Source of the DNA: Bdellovibrionales bacterium
Lineage (GTDB): Bacteria; Bdellovibrionota; Bdellovibrionia; Bdellovibrionales; UBA1609
Assembly (NCBI GenBank): GCA_041690295.1
Contig: JAWLHR010000001.1
Coordinates: forward strand, 32,001-96,000
Direction of reading: 5' to 3'
Length of the DNA stretch: 64,000 nucleotides
Shown: positions 55,213 through 64,000 of the stretch, one piece after another
How positions within the stretch are numbered: the stretch's first letter is position 1
Layout of the letters: each line of letters begins with the position of its first letter
The notes under the pieces: generated by a model
The model's input: the letters and a program-made list of their open reading frames with translations, nothing else
Told to the model about the DNA's origin: nothing
The model's database searches: none
Made by a program: the position numbers and the translations under genes

Positions 55213-56577
55213 TTATTCCTTCTTTGAACGAGGCTGATAATTCTCGATATTCACCTGTTTTCCGCGCGCCACGGCCAGCGCCTTGGCGGGAACATCTTTG
55301 GTGATGGTGGAACCCGAGCCGATGTACGCGCCGTCACCGATCGTGACGGGAGCCACGAATTGCGTGTCGCTCCCCACGAACACATCCTTACCGATCTTGG
55401 TCACATACTTTTTTCGATCAGGGGCGTAGTTACAGGTGATCGTTCCGCAGCCGATGTTGGTGTTATCGCCGATTTCAGCGTCACCGAGATAAGTGAGATG
55501 ACTGGCCTTCGCCCCATTGCCGAATTTCACCTTTTTCATTTCGACGAAGTTTCCGACCTTACACTCGTCACCGATCTGGTTACCGGGACGTAAATGCGCG
55601 TAGGGACCCAAAGTCACGTTCTTCCCCACTTTGGAATCTTCAATGTAACAACCCGCCTTCACGTGAACGTGCTCGTCTAAAATCGCATTGTTCACGATCG
55701 CGCCCGGTTCAATCACGCAAAACGCGCCCACACGGGTTTCACCTTTTAAAAAGACTTGCGGATAAATCATGGTGCCCGCGCCCACTTGCACGGAGTCTTC
55801 AACATAGGTGTTTTCAGGGTGATGGATCATCACCCCGTCTTCCATGAGACGCTGGGCTTTCCGCAGATAAGCCAGTTGCGTGGCCCGTGACAATTCAGCT
55901 TGCGTGTTCACTCCAAGCGCCAAGCGGGGATCGGCGGAAATGGTTTCGACCGGAAGACCTTTTTCAACCGCGATGCTAACGATATCGGTCAGATAAAATT
56001 CACCTTGCGCGTTCTGGCTTTTCACTTGCGCCAGCAAGTTCTGCAAAACATCGGCGCGCAAAATATAAATACCCGTGTTGATTTCTTTGATTTTCAAAGT
56101 TTCGTGAGAAGCATCCTTGGCTTCCACGATCGCGCACAACTTTCCATTATGGCGAACGATGCGTCCGAACTTTCCCGGATCTTCCAACTCGCAGGTGACA
56201 ACTGACAAGGCCGCACGGGACTCGTTGAACCGCCGGCGCAGGGATTTAATGTCATCGCCTTCCAAAAGGGGATGATCGCCGTTCAAAATGATCACTTCAC
56301 CGCGCAAGGAATCCGGCTCGGCCGCACGGACCGCATCGGCGGTTCCCAGTTGGCGTTCTTGTTTATGGCATACGGCACCCAAAGGCTCAGCGATTTGACG
56401 AACCAAATTCTCGCCAAACCCGACGACCACCCGAATTTCCTGCGCTTCCGCCGCTTTGACCGCCCGAATCACACGTTCGATCATGGGGCGGCCGGCCACC
56501 GGGTGAACCACCTTCGGTAACGGAGAATTCATTCGCGTTCCACGACCCGCAGCCAGTATAATCGCTGAAAAAGACAT
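55213..56577 (-). CDS. glmU: Bifunctional UDP-GlcNAc pyrophosphorylase/GlcN-1-P acetyltransferase
   Basis: LAAGRGTRM, QLGTADA, EFYLTD, GNFVE, HLTYLGDA, hexapeptide repeats; start at 56577 or 56583. Confidence 0.97.
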   Translation of the reverse strand: MSFSAIILAAGRGTRMNSPLPKVVHPVAGRPMIERVIRAVKAAEAQEIRVVVGFGENLVRQIAEPLGAVCHKQERQLGTADAVRAAEPDSLRGEVIILNGDHPLLEGDDIKSLRRRFNESRAALSVVTCELEDPGKFGRIVRHNGKLCAIVEAKDASHETLKIKEINTGIYILRADVLQNLLAQVKSQNAQGEFYLTDIVSIAVEKGLPVETISADPRLALGVNTQAELSRATQLAYLRKAQRLMEDGVMIHHPENTYVEDSVQVGAGTMIYPQVFLKGETRVGAFCVIEPGAIVNNAILDEHVHVKAGCYIEDSKVGKNVTLGPYAHLRPGNQIGDECKVGNFVEMKKVKFGNGAKASHLTYLGDAEIGDNTNIGCGTITCNYAPDRKKYVTKIGKDVFVGSDTQFVAPVTIGDGAYIGSGSTITKDVPAKALAVARGKQVNIENYQPRSKKE

Positions 56578-56650
56578 GCTCATGAAGGTATAGATATCGA
56601 TTGCGGTTTTGCAAGCGTTGTCCTTCCGGGTCGTGTAAGAAGGAGGCCAA

Positions 56651-57346
56651 ATGATCCACCTCAAGGAATGGGCGAAAAGTGCATTAGGTACGGCCATCGA
56701 GCTGTATGCCTCCCACCCCCTGGCGGAACTCGAACAGAACCAACCGATTTTTCTCATGGGCGGTGTCCATGGCGATGAACCGCTCGGGGTTCAGTTGGCG
56801 AAAAAGACGCTTGAGTATCTGCTGGCCGAGGCGAATAAACCACAGTCCGATTCCGAGGTTAAAGTGCCCTGGGCGTTGGTTCCCGTTCTTAATGTGGACG
56901 GCTACCGGCGCAACTCGCGAGTGAATGGCCGCGGCGTTGACCTCAACCGCAATTACCCGGCTCGGTCCTGGTCGCCGGAATATACGAAAGACCGGTACAA
57001 TCCGGGTCCACATCCCGGCAGCGAGCCGGAGATCCAGGCCGTGGTCGAATTCATCAAAAACTACAAGCCCCGGCTTTTGATCCATTGTCATTCCTGGAAA
57101 CCGATGATCGTGGCCGCAGGTCCCGGCGCCATGCGTGATGCCGAACGTCTGGGACGTTCCAGCGGTTATGAGGTCGTGCCTGAAATCGGCTATCCCACGC
57201 CGGGAAGCCTGAGCCAATATGGTTGGGTGGACAATCAGATTCCGGTCATTTGTATTGAGGAAACCGACGACGCCTTCCCTAAAGACGTGTGGCCTCGATT
57301 CGCGTCCGGAATGCGGGAGATTTTCCTGGACCCCACGGCCCGCTGA
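56651..57346 (+). CDS. M14 zinc carboxypeptidase (MpaA-like murein peptide amidase)
   Basis: GVHGDE, NGRGVDLNRNY, HCHS, GYPTPGSL, CIEE; GGAGG RBS. Confidence 0.87.
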   Translation: MIHLKEWAKSALGTAIELYASHPLAELEQNQPIFLMGGVHGDEPLGVQLAKKTLEYLLAEANKPQSDSEVKVPWALVPVLNVDGYRRNSRVNGRGVDLNRNYPARSWSPEYTKDRYNPGPHPGSEPEIQAVVEFIKNYKPRLLIHCHSWKPMIVAAGPGAMRDAERLGRSSGYEVVPEIGYPTPGSLSQYGWVDNQIPVICIEETDDAFPKDVWPRFASGMREIFLDPTAR

Positions 57347-57367
57347 ATTGCGCATACAATTTAAAAC

Positions 57368-59275
57368 ATGAATCAACCTTCAAGCGTATTGGTGGTCGGC
57401 GCGCCGACGATCAAGGCCGGCGACGTGGGCGCCGGCTTCGCCCGCGATTTCGCGCAAGCCAAGTCGGTGGCGCAAGCTCACCCGCCTCTGGTGGTCGTCT
57501 TCTCCGGCCGCGAGAGCGCGGAGTTTGAAGACTTCTGCCGTTTTCTCAAAGAGCGCTGTCCACTCGCCCGCTGGATTCTTTCGGTTGATTCATTGAAACC
57601 TTCCAAGATGATCGAACTGGTCAACTCCGAACACTTGCAAGATGTCATCGACGGTTTCGATGATCCCACGCTTGAAAAGAAAATCCAGGAAGCCTTTGAG
57701 GAAGGCGGGCGGCGGCTTCAACAAAGAAGTCTCGAAGCCATGTTCAACGATCAAACACTTCAGCTTCAGCGTCTGCGCGAAGAATTGAACACCCGGATCG
57801 AGCGCCGCCAAAAGACTTTGCGCAAATCGCGCCTGACTTTGCGATCCACCCGCACCCGGCTCGAAGCTTTTCATCGCGCCCTGCTCGGCATACACCGCGC
57901 GGAAAGTGTTTCGCAGATGGAGCAGACTCTGAACGATTCCCTGCAGCCGGTTTTGCCCGGCATCCGGGCGATGATCCGTTTTTCCCAGCAAAGCTCATTG
58001 ACTCAAACATCCGCCGGCGAATTCCTTCGCGTGGAAATCCCGTTCACGGATCCGCATTTGCGCGGCGATGTTTTGTTTTCGACCAGCGGGAAAAAGAAAT
58101 TCTCGCCCACGGAGATCGATTTTCTCCATGAAATTTGTGAAGCTCTGGCTCTCGCGTTGACTCGGCTTCACAAACTGGAACTGGCCGAAACCATTAAATC
58201 CCAATGGCAAGCCACCTTCGATTCGATCACTCATCCGCTTTGTCTGACGACGGCCGACTTCGAAATCATCAAATTGAACAAGGCGTTTCAACAGGCCTGC
58301 CCGCAATCCAGCTTCCGCGCCTTGATCGGAAAAAATTGTTTCCAGGTCTTTTTCAAAGATGATTTCAAACCGCCGGTGGCCACGGGTCCGCAAATTTCTT
58401 TTCGCGCCAGCCGCGAAGGTCCCTCGGGCCTCGAACATTTCGAAGTCACGGCCGACGTTTTGGGGCTTTCTCAATCACCTTCGGCCCGCTTGGTTTTGAT
58501 CCGGTCGGTGACGGAAGAAGTTCGCTTTGAACGACGCATATTGGAGGCTTCGAAGCTGGCGGAACTGGGAACCATCGGCAGTAGTATCGCGCATGAACTC
58601 AATAACCCCCTGGGCGGAATGCTGTCGTTTCTGCAGCTGGTGATGATGGATCTGCCGAAGTCCGATCCCAAGTACGCCGATCTCAAAAGCATGGAGGAAG
58701 CCACCATCCGCTGCCGGGATATCGTCCAGAATCTCCTAAGTTTCGCGCGCAAGCAGGACCTCGGCGAACTGACGGAAATCGACCTGTGGTCGGTGATCGA
58801 CCGCGCCGTCAAATTGATCGAACTGCAAAGCAAATCGAAAGGTATCAAAATCGAGATCCGGCACGGGCCCAGGACTTGTGTTCTGGGATCGGTCAACGCC
58901 CTTTCGCAGGCGGTTTGCAATTTACTGCAGAACGCGATTGACGCCATTTCCGAACGAATGTCCGGTGAGCCTTTGTATCCAGGTCGTATCACCATTGAAA
59001 TTTCTCCGGGTGAGTCCAACATTCAATTACGAATCCATGATAATGGTCCTGGCATCCGACCTGAAGTGCAAAGCCGGATCTTCAATCCTTTGTTCACCAC
59101 CCGCGATCCCGGACTGTTCAACGGGATGGGTTTAACAACCGCCTTCACCATAATTTCCGAACACAACGGAAGCCTGGAAATTCTTTCCCAGACTGGATCT
59201 GGGACGACGGCAATCGTTTCTCTTCCTCGGCTGGATCTATCTCCAGAAAGACGGCTTTTTGACGGCGAAATTTGA
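57368..59275 (+). CDS. Cytoplasmic sensor histidine kinase (coiled coil, PAS-like, HisKA, HATPase)
   Basis: WQATFDSI, AHELNNPL, NLLQNAIDA, DNGPGI, FTT...GMGL; no TM. Confidence 0.9.
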   Translation: MNQPSSVLVVGAPTIKAGDVGAGFARDFAQAKSVAQAHPPLVVVFSGRESAEFEDFCRFLKERCPLARWILSVDSLKPSKMIELVNSEHLQDVIDGFDDPTLEKKIQEAFEEGGRRLQQRSLEAMFNDQTLQLQRLREELNTRIERRQKTLRKSRLTLRSTRTRLEAFHRALLGIHRAESVSQMEQTLNDSLQPVLPGIRAMIRFSQQSSLTQTSAGEFLRVEIPFTDPHLRGDVLFSTSGKKKFSPTEIDFLHEICEALALALTRLHKLELAETIKSQWQATFDSITHPLCLTTADFEIIKLNKAFQQACPQSSFRALIGKNCFQVFFKDDFKPPVATGPQISFRASREGPSGLEHFEVTADVLGLSQSPSARLVLIRSVTEEVRFERRILEASKLAELGTIGSSIAHELNNPLGGMLSFLQLVMMDLPKSDPKYADLKSMEEATIRCRDIVQNLLSFARKQDLGELTEIDLWSVIDRAVKLIELQSKSKGIKIEIRHGPRTCVLGSVNALSQAVCNLLQNAIDAISERMSGEPLYPGRITIEISPGESNIQLRIHDNGPGIRPEVQSRIFNPLFTTRDPGLFNGMGLTTAFTIISEHNGSLEILSQTGSGTTAIVSLPRLDLSPERRLFDGEI

Positions 59276-59307
59276 CACCGCCAAAATCAAACTCGTACCA
59301 TTTTAGT

Positions 59308-60711
59308 ATGCAACAAAGCCGAAGAATTCTGATCGTCGACGACGAAGCTTCGCTTCGAACCGCACTCTTCAGAACCCTCGATCGCAAAGGATTTCAAGTC
59401 ATAACCGCCGCATCTTACAAAGAAGCGGAAACCATCAGCCAATCGGATAAAGTCATCGATTTGGCGCTGGTGGATTTACGTCTTCCCGACGGAGACGGAA
59501 TTCAACTGATGAGCCGTTTGCGCGGTTTGCACCCGAACATTCAAGTGATCATACTCACCGGGCACGCCACGATCGAGGCGGCCGTGGAAGCCACGAGAAA
59601 AGGCGCGTTCCACTTCGTGACGAAGCCTTGCAACTTGGATGAAATTCTGACGTTAATCGACCGCGCGCTTTCACTCGGACAACTCACCATCGAAAACAAA
59701 CAACTGCGAAGCGCGCTTCATAACAAATACCGGTTTGAAAACATCGTCGGCCAGAGCGAAGCCATCCTTCAGGTGCTGAGCATGATCGAGCGCGTGGCGG
59801 AATCCGATTCCACGGTTCTGATCACCGGCGAAAGCGGCACCGGTAAGGAGCTGATCGCCAAAGCTCTTCATTACAATTCGCCCCGCTCGCAGGAACCGTT
59901 CATCCCCATCAATTGCGGAGCGATCCCCGCCGAACTTTTGGAAAGCGAATTGTTCGGCCATGTCAAAGGCGCTTTCACGGGCGCCATAGCCAATCGTTCG
60001 GGCCGGTTCGAAATGGCCGAGGACGGAACGTTGTTTTTGGACGAAATCGGCGACATGAGCCCAAGCCTGCAAGTCAAGCTTTTGCGCGTGTTGCAGGAAC
60101 GTTGTTTTGAACCCATCGGCTCGACTAAAACCATCGAAGCCAATGTCAGGGTCATCGCCGCCACCAACGCCGACTTGGAAGCCGCCGTGGCCAACGGGCG
60201 TTTTCGCGAGGATCTCTATTACCGTTTGAATGTGATCCCCATTCGCATTCCTCCACTGCGTGAACGGCGTTCGGACATTCCTCTGCTGCTGAATCATTTC
60301 ATCGAAGTTTTCAATCGCAACCGCTCCCGCCGTTTAACCGGCATCAGTCCCGAAGCTTTGGACATGCTCACGAATTACAATTGGCCGGGAAATATCCGTG
60401 AACTCGAGAACCTGGTTGAACGGCTTTCGATCTTGAAAGGTTCGGGAGTGATCGAAGTTTCGGATCTGCCCGAACGCTATCGTAAGGGTGCCGCGCCCTC
60501 CTCGTTTGATCTCGGGCGCGTTGATATTCCCGAAACGGGCGTGGACTTCAATACGGCGGTGGACAACTACGAAAATGCTCTGATTATGCGCGCCTTGGAA
60601 AAAACCGGTTGGAACCGCAACCAGGCCGCGCTCCTTCTCAAGCTCAACCGCACCACCCTGGTGGAAAAGATCAAGAAGAAGGGCTTACGCCCGCCTGAAA
60701 CCGAACTTTAA
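59308..60711 (+). CDS. Sigma54-dependent response regulator (NtrC/AtoC family)
   Basis: REC (VDDE, DLRLPD), GESGTGKE, GAFTGA, WPGNIREL, HTH. Confidence 0.95.
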   Translation: MQQSRRILIVDDEASLRTALFRTLDRKGFQVITAASYKEAETISQSDKVIDLALVDLRLPDGDGIQLMSRLRGLHPNIQVIILTGHATIEAAVEATRKGAFHFVTKPCNLDEILTLIDRALSLGQLTIENKQLRSALHNKYRFENIVGQSEAILQVLSMIERVAESDSTVLITGESGTGKELIAKALHYNSPRSQEPFIPINCGAIPAELLESELFGHVKGAFTGAIANRSGRFEMAEDGTLFLDEIGDMSPSLQVKLLRVLQERCFEPIGSTKTIEANVRVIAATNADLEAAVANGRFREDLYYRLNVIPIRIPPLRERRSDIPLLLNHFIEVFNRNRSRRLTGISPEALDMLTNYNWPGNIRELENLVERLSILKGSGVIEVSDLPERYRKGAAPSSFDLGRVDIPETGVDFNTAVDNYENALIMRALEKTGWNRNQAALLLKLNRTTLVEKIKKKGLRPPETEL

Positions 60712-60760
60712 ATTCCTTCGGCCTTTGACTACCCGCCGATCTTTGACTTAAGACCAAAGG

Positions 60761-62032
60761 ATGCGTTTTTTGGTTATAGGTCAAGGCGGGCGGGAGCACG
60801 CCATTGTTCGAGCGTTGAAGTTTTCACCTTCTGTGACCGAGGTTCATGCCACACCCGGCAGTCCGGGAATTTCACAGGACGCCATTTGCCATCAAGTTGA
60901 TCTCAGTGACAGCAAAGCCCTCTTGCAGTTTGTTGATCGCTACCGGTTTGATTGCGTGGTGATCGGTCCGGAAAAATATCTTGTGCAAGGCTTGGCGGAT
61001 CAATTGCGAAGTCACGGGGTGGCGGTGGTCGGCCCCAGCCAGGCGGCCGCGCAACTGGAAGGAAGTAAAATCTTCGCCAAGGAATTCATGATGGCGGCGG
61101 GCGTTCCCACGGCCCGGTATGAAATCGTTGAGGATGTCGCCTCGACGATGGCCGCCGCCGAAAAATTCTCGCCGCCTTATGTTCTTAAAGCCGACGGTTT
61201 GGCCGAAGGAAAAGGTGTTTTCATCTGCCCCACTCTCGATGAATTAAAAACCGCGGCGGAAAATCTGTTCGAGAAAAAAGTTTTGGGCGCGGCCGGCGCC
61301 AAGGCGCTGCTTGAAGAAGCGCTCAGCGGATACGAACTTTCTTATTTGATTTTGACCAATGGATCGGAAGCGGAAAAACTGCCGCTGGCCCAGGATCATA
61401 AACGGCTGTTGGATCAGGATCAGGGCCCGAACACCGGTGGAATGGGAGTTGTCGGACCCATGCCGATCCCGGCCGAACTTGAGAAGCGAATTCAAACTGA
61501 AATCGTTGAACCCTGCTTGCGCCAACTCAAGGGCTCGGGCCTGCTTTATAGAGGCGTGCTCTACATCGGCCTCATGGTCACACCTGAAGGTCCGAAAGTG
61601 CTCGAGTTCAACACCCGCTTCGGTGATCCGGAAGCGCAAGTGATTCTTCCACAGTTGGATGGCGACTGGGGCTACGTGTTCAGCCAATTGAGCCGGGGCG
61701 AATTGATGCCACTCAAGTGGAAGCCCATTCACGTGGCCTGCGTGGTGATGGCTTCGCCGGGCTATCCCAGCTCACCCCGAAAAGGCCTCGTGATCGATGG
61801 TGATTTGGGTTCGCAAACACCTTCCAGTTATTTTCTTTTCGCCGGAGCGGCCCGAGGGGAAAGCGGCCAATGGGTGACGAACGGTGGCCGCGTGTTGAAT
61901 TCCATCGGTCTTGGCTCGAGCATTCAAGAAGCCATATCCGCCGCCTATGCCCAGGCCAAAAAGGTCAATTGGCAAGGCCTGCAAATGAGAACTGACATCG
62001 GTCGTAATCTTTTACTGAAGGAGCACCAATGA
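60761..62032 (+). CDS. purD: Phosphoribosylamine--glycine ligase
   Basis: GGREHA, LEGSK, KADGLA, QDHKR, GPNTGGMG, RFGDPE, GGRVL. Confidence 0.97.
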   Translation: MRFLVIGQGGREHAIVRALKFSPSVTEVHATPGSPGISQDAICHQVDLSDSKALLQFVDRYRFDCVVIGPEKYLVQGLADQLRSHGVAVVGPSQAAAQLEGSKIFAKEFMMAAGVPTARYEIVEDVASTMAAAEKFSPPYVLKADGLAEGKGVFICPTLDELKTAAENLFEKKVLGAAGAKALLEEALSGYELSYLILTNGSEAEKLPLAQDHKRLLDQDQGPNTGGMGVVGPMPIPAELEKRIQTEIVEPCLRQLKGSGLLYRGVLYIGLMVTPEGPKVLEFNTRFGDPEAQVILPQLDGDWGYVFSQLSRGELMPLKWKPIHVACVVMASPGYPSSPRKGLVIDGDLGSQTPSSYFLFAGAARGESGQWVTNGGRVLNSIGLGSSIQEAISAAYAQAKKVNWQGLQMRTDIGRNLLLKEHQ

Positions 62033-62526
62033 AAAACATCATATCTATTATGACCGCGCTCACCTTGATCTTCGGTCCGACGCTCGCGTGGGCGGAGCCG
62101 AAAATTTACATTCGCTCCGACGGTCAGTTCGTCGCCGACGGGAATGAATATCCCCGGGGCTTCTGGGTCCCGGTGATTGAAGGCGCTGAAAATGTCTTTT
62201 CCGTTCACCCGGAAGCGCAGAAATCCTACGAAGAACATAAAAGGATGGGCCGCTGGTTCGGTATTTTGAATTGGGGCTCGGTCGGTCTTTTGGCGGTGTA
62301 CGCCGTCGCTTCCGGTGATAACTTCGATACGGGCGTCGGTTTGGCCGTCTTTTTTGTGCCCTGGATCGCGGGGTTGTTTGTCGGCGCCAACTCGCAAAAA
62401 CATCTTTTAAGGGCCATCAACATCGTCAATGGAGTGTCGCCGGAACAAGCGGGAATTCGATTTTTAAAACCGCCCGCTCTTAAGAGTTCGTCTCTGACTT
62501 TGCCTGTTCTGGCATGGTCGTTCTGA
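62029..62526 (+). CDS. Hypothetical membrane/secreted protein
   Basis: AAGGAG RBS; signal peptide (AWA); two hydrophobic segments; C-terminal Phe. Confidence 0.72.
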   Translation: MKNIISIMTALTLIFGPTLAWAEPKIYIRSDGQFVADGNEYPRGFWVPVIEGAENVFSVHPEAQKSYEEHKRMGRWFGILNWGSVGLLAVYAVASGDNFDTGVGLAVFFVPWIAGLFVGANSQKHLLRAINIVNGVSPEQAGIRFLKPPALKSSSLTLPVLAWSF

Positions 62527-63799
62527 CGTGAGTGTACAGGGGCAATTGAACCTCAAAGGTCGTACCTCGCCCGGGATGGGATTCAAGCAGAATCAAATCG
62601 CCGCCCAAACTGCGGGTCAAAGAGCGAGAGAGTGCTAGACCTAATCCGGAACCTTGTTGGGACCGTACTTCCTTGCGGTTCTCACGCCAGAATGGGCGAA
62701 AGAGCGAATCTTTCGCCTCCGGTTTGATGCCGATCCCCGTGTCGGCCACTTTAATCAAGAGCAAGTCATTGCAGCACCCGGCGTGAATCGAAATCTTACC
62801 CCGTGGCGTGAACTTGACCGCATTACTCAGAAGATTCACTAAAATTTGTTGGAATTTCAAAGAATTGGATTTGATTAACTCCGGCACATTCGGCTCGACT
62901 TTGATTTCCAACTGCAGGTTCTTTTCTTCGATCTTCTGGCTCAAAACAGCGGCCGCGCATTGAACTTGATCGCGAAAATTCACCGTCTCCTGAGGAACCT
63001 CGGGTTCTTCATCACTATCCGACTCGGCCATGAGGAGGACGCTATCCACCAGTTTTTTGAGGTATTCGCTATTTCGATGAATGACTTCGGCGTAATTGCG
63101 TATGTCCTCGGGGGCTTCCTCTGAATCCTTCAAAATTTCGGCAAAGCCGACGATGGCGGTGACCGGAGTGCGAATTTCGTGGCTGGCATCATTGATTTTG
63201 TGGATCAGCTCCTCATTTTCGACGCCCAATTCAACCGATTTCACCACATAACGGTTCACATTCCGTCCCAGGAGAATCATGAGCGCAAGAAAGCAGCCAA
63301 TCAGAAGGGCGAAAAAATGGCGCCCTTCCCACGCCATTCGCGCGGCGAATGGCAGAAGCATCATGGTCAGGTAAATGTATGTAAATCTGCGATCGACAAT
63401 GTAAGAGCTGACGACACCCGTACATAGGCCGGCCAACAGAAGAATGGTCGAAATAAAATGTTCGGGAGAATCAGCTCGCAAAAAAACGGTGCTCATGACG
63501 GCCCAAAGCAATGCGGCCGCGGCGGCGCCCAAATGTATGACACGGGCGATCCGATTGATTTTCGCATGGTTGGCCGCGGCCAGGTTTTTTTGCGCCCGCC
63601 AATTCGCCCAAAAACGAAAGACGGTTAAGACCATCATGGCCACGAACCAAGCCAGCAACCAATCGGTACGCACAACGCCCCAACTGACCGTGAGGTAGAA
63701 GACGCAAAAAATGACCGTGGCAAAAAAGGCTATGTAACTCTGTTCAAGAACCAGCCCCAAGGCTGACTTCCTGACCCGAAGCTGTTTCGAACCAAGCAT
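62480..63799 (-). CDS. Membrane-bound sensor histidine kinase (orphan)
   Basis: About 6 TMs, SHEIRTP, NLLSNAVKFT, DTGIGI, GSGLGL. Confidence 0.9.
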   Translation of the reverse strand: MLGSKQLRVRKSALGLVLEQSYIAFFATVIFCVFYLTVSWGVVRTDWLLAWFVAMMVLTVFRFWANWRAQKNLAAANHAKINRIARVIHLGAAAAALLWAVMSTVFLRADSPEHFISTILLLAGLCTGVVSSYIVDRRFTYIYLTMMLLPFAARMAWEGRHFFALLIGCFLALMILLGRNVNRYVVKSVELGVENEELIHKINDASHEIRTPVTAIVGFAEILKDSEEAPEDIRNYAEVIHRNSEYLKKLVDSVLLMAESDSDEEPEVPQETVNFRDQVQCAAAVLSQKIEEKNLQLEIKVEPNVPELIKSNSLKFQQILVNLLSNAVKFTPRGKISIHAGCCNDLLLIKVADTGIGIKPEAKDSLFRPFWRENRKEVRSQQGSGLGLALSRSLTRSLGGDLILLESHPGRGTTFEVQLPLYTHVRTTMPEQAKSETNS

Positions 63800-63889
63800 T
63801 CGACGTGACTATAAAGGCGCTGATTTACCTTGTCACCAGTAAATATTGAGACACACAAAACATGATTACTTTACTTTTAATACCTGGCA

Positions 63890-64000
63890 TCAATCCAAGA
63901 AACGCGCGCGTTCGCTTTCGGTAGGTATCCGGCATGTTTCCCGCCGACCAAACCATTTGTATCGGTTACGAGCGATATATCGGTAAACCGCATCCCTTAT
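63890..64000 (-). CDS. DCC1-like thiol-disulfide oxidoreductase (DUF393), C-terminal fragment
   Basis: Manual translation ...IRDAVYRYIARNRYKWFGRRETCRIPTESERARFLD*, the characteristic C-terminus of this family. Confidence 0.82.
   Translation of the reverse strand: MRDAVYRYIARNRYKWFGRRETCRIPTESERARFLD

Noticed and set aside
55207..55213. glmS ribozyme
   Set aside because: Only 5 bp separate glmU and glmS.
1..64000. CRISPR array, rRNA or tRNA genes
   Set aside because: No regularly spaced repeats or recognisable rRNA/tRNA signatures seen; intergenic gaps are short. A tRNAscan/Infernal run would be definitive.

Overview
This is a gene-dense chromosomal window, most likely from a Bdellovibrionota-type predatory bacterium. 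That assignment is inferred from gene content: a fibre/adhesin with the typical N-terminal module, a Lys-rich GroES2, a Bdellovibrio-type HNH family member, many secreted lipoproteins and sigma54 regulators. Housekeeping genes include uvrD/pcrA, a KamA-family radical SAM, PBP1B-like, ileS-lspA-lgt, yacG, HU, pfkA, mlaEFD, trmFO, a DciA-like gene, glmU-glmS and purD. A ~15.5 kb flagellar basal-body/hook operon runs TPR gene, receiver-less sigma54 activator, flgBC, fliEFGHIJ, MgtE_N-like, fliK, flgD, TIGR02530-like, flgE. There are two sigma54-type two-component pairs. No rRNA, tRNA or CRISPR array was recognised. The most unusual items are: (i) a secreted pro-protein with a 37%-tyrosine repetitive C-terminus tightly coupled to an atypical subtilase; (ii) a truncated HNH gene bracketed by ~35-bp imperfect inverted repeats; (iii) a methionine-enriched fibre adhesin; (iv) a GroES fused to a histone-H1-like tail; (v) a Cys-rich mini L,D-transpeptidase-like protein; (vi) recurrent leaderless-type sigma70 promoters, several sigma54 -24/-12 sites and CsrA-like hairpins on flgE. 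All calls were made by eye; no database searches were run.
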